From NCBI RefSeq assembly GCF_018350175.1, contig NC_058368.1:2790001-2854000 (forward strand): a stretch of DNA of 64,000 bases, written 5' to 3'. This document shows positions 61,423 through 64,000 of this stretch, one piece after another. Positions within the stretch are counted from its first letter, which is position 1; each line of letters opens with the position of its first letter. Source of the DNA: Felis catus. Its lineage: Eukaryota. The translations under genes were made by a program, and so were the position numbers. The notes under the pieces are model-generated. The model worked only from the letters and a program-made list of their open reading frames with translations. It ran no database searches and had not been told where the DNA came from.

Positions 61423-64000
61423 CTTAATTTCCAGAGGAAGAAACACATTCCTCTGGACATAGCGTATAACTGAAGTTAGAGCATGGTGATTTCTTTCAAA
61501 GAAAGAGGAAGTCAGAGAAATCACTTTGAACACGGGGTGTATATTTCCTGATTGGTTTCATCAGCCCTCCTGGCCTCAAATGTACCGAAAAGGCGGAACA
61601 TCCAATGTGAGGAAGCCACTGTCTTCCAGAGTTGGAAGGCGTGCCGGCCCACATCCATCCTGGGGGGTTGTGTGTTGACCTACCTCAGCTCCTCGTGCTG
61701 TTCCAAGCAGGGGCCGAGAGAGTTTGTGTCCCCGGTTCTCTGCTGCCACGAGGCGGCTAGCTTTCACCTTGGGACAACTGCTCATCAAGCTCCCAAGGAA
61801 CACACACTTGCTGTCACCGTGCCTCTCGCTGGTCGATGAACACCTTCTGTAGTTACACAGGTTGGTGTGCTTGAGGATGGGTAAGTAGACAGTGGAAACT
61901 CCCCTCCACCCCCAGTCCCTGTGATGGCAGGTCAGCTCCATAAGACAGTTGGACATGTGGACATTTGCCTCCTGTGGGAAGTTACGCCTCTTCCCTCTCC
62001 CCTGAAGAGAATGAGGGAAGGGCAATACTCATCAACCCTGAAGGTGGGCTCGTGGTAGCAGCTCTGTGGACGTGGGGCATCAGGAACTCTGTGGTGGCCA
62101 CCGGACTCCTGTAGGGAATTCTTTACAAAGCACAGAGTTCTGCTTTGCTCATTTTGCCTTCCCTCATCCCTCACCTCCTTTTCTGTCTCAGCACTATTCC
62201 TGTGGGCTAAACAGCCATAGAGGAATTGTGGAGAAGATCTTTGCAGGTCTAGAGGACTCCAGAAGGTCTGGGAGAGGAGAAGATTTCCCGGCTCGGAGAA
62301 CAGTCAAACTTCCTTCCGCACGAACTAATCTTCGCGTTGAACACTTTGGAAACGCGTGAAAGGATGGACCCTGGGACAGATTGATTGCTTCGTGGGGAGG
62401 ATGGCAAGGAGTGTGGTGTCCATAAGCCTGAGTGGCTGGGAAAGGGCCAGCTAATTGGCCCAAAAAAGGATGCTTAGCACCGAAGGAAACTCTGAGATGT
62501 CTCTTTCCCAAGGGAAAATCATGTCCAGTGCTCCAGTCAGGTTTCCTGGAAGGAAAAGGCTTCAGAAGATTCCCATCAACATGAGGAAGGAACAACAAGG
62601 GAGAAGGAAAGGGTTGGCACTCGGAAAGGTTTGGATCAGGCTTAAGCCACAGTTTAAAGTCCGGACTAGATTGGTCGGATAAAAAGGCAAGTAAGTGAGC
62701 TGAATTTTCTGGAAGGAGCATACGAGGCAGAGAGACCAAGGTCCTTTGGAGGGTCTGGTGAAGGACCCAGAAGGAGGAGGTGAAAATCCAGGTGTAGATG
62801 TACCATGAAACGGGCAGCCAAATATAACATGTCAAGGAGGGGGGTCACACTGTCAAAGTGACCCGAGGCGATTCGAGGTGATAGTGATTTTGAAGCAGTG
62901 TGAGCTTTAAGTAAAAGAGTGTGTCCTCTTCCAAAGTTGTGGGCTTTTCTTTTGGGGAGCTCATTCAGAGTATGTCTGCTGGATCACTGTGGCAGCTACT
63001 CTGCCTTTGTAGTCGCTACTCTGCTTTTAACAGGTTTTGATCAAATGACTGCTTACAATGCATTTTATCCACATTGGTTTGCAGTCTGTCTCAAGGGAGT
63101 TTATTAACCTCTGGCTGTGCTGAGATTTTCTCCTGTCATGTGCAGAGAGCCCGTTGACCCATTCTGGTCACGGGACAGCTGCCATCAGCCAGGGGTCCGT
63201 GGATGTCAGCTTTAAGGGCCAAGGTTTTTGTAGCTGTGGCAAGCAGACTTTGGAACTGGGGTGCCTCAGAATTTGATGTCTGTGGTTCAAGGAGACTTTT
63301 GGCAGCCCTTTTGGGATCTGCTTGCCTGGGTTCACCTTCTGAAGCCTTTCCTTGTAGTTGGGCAGACAGCTGTACCACTATTGCTTCTGTGGGCACCCCA
63401 GGGGTAGGCAGCGACTCCATCAAGTGCCCCACTCCACACCTTCCCAGACCCTTCTGGACTTCACACGGGCTCATCTGCCTGAGCAGGCAGGGTAGGTCCC
63501 ATCGGAAGCTACCGTTGACTTGGGACCCTGTGGCCAAAGCGACTCACATAAAATAAATGGATTCTGCTCAGTGGAAGGCATTTCATAAGATGCACGTATA
63601 CAAAACATGGTCCTTGCCCTCCCTCCACTTCCCGACAACCTCGTTGGAAAGGCAGGGCATTTCCACTGAGAATGACAACCATACCATGCGGTTATGCTGA
63701 GTGCCAAATGAGTGGCACAAATCAGAAGAAGCTATTGAGTGTTTCGAAGGAGGGGGAGATCGCGGCGGCTGAACTCTTTAAAGAACGATGCATGGGGGGA
63801 GGTGGGGCAGGACCTGGTTTGAAAGAATGGGTGCTATGGGTAATATTTGAATAATATTTGATAACACGGATAATATTTGAAAAAAGCAAAGAAGGGAGAG
63901 GAAGACATTCCAGTCGGGGCTGTCACAAAAATAACTGTTGGTGACGGTGGGTCAAAAGACCCATTGGAACAGAACCTCTCTGCCAAGAAGGAAAGGCGAG

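Noticed and set aside
62194..62835. 213-aa minus-strand ORF
   Set aside because: Pro/Leu/Ser-rich antisense of purine-rich, partly repeat-like DNA; no recognisable protein
63841..63881. taatatttga x3 (and attcaat x3 near 59990) as a CRISPR-like or functional array
   Set aside because: Very short AT-rich slippage repeats in a mammalian genome, with no spacer structure

Overview
Mammalian genomic DNA, almost certainly from a felid: it carries 16 tRNA-derived Can-SINEs of the cat SINEC_Fc type and a cat L1_Fc-like 3' end. I recognise no protein-coding exon, RNA gene or pseudogene. The listed ORFs are read-through of repeats or look like chance ORFs. The window reads as intronic or gene-desert DNA with layered repeats: ancient MIR/L2; hAT and Tc-mariner relics (MER5, MER58A, MER33, MER20, MER94, MER102-like, Tigger2a); MaLR/ERV solo LTRs; old L1M fragments; young Can-SINEs, many with intact target-site duplications (TSDs); and microsatellites. 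Between these lie repeat-free stretches with homeodomain/FOX/SOX-motif-rich blocks (candidate enhancers) and two CpG-island-like patches (about 22.8-24.2 kb and 41.2-41.9 kb). I found no evidence of a new biological system. The most notable observations are a 42-bp inverted duplication flanking an L2 segment with a hairpin at one junction, a 14:2 strand bias of Can-SINEs, four SINEs nested in one old L1, and a SINE-in-SINE dimer. Repeat family names come from remembered consensus sequences, not from a database search, and element boundaries without a TSD are approximate.
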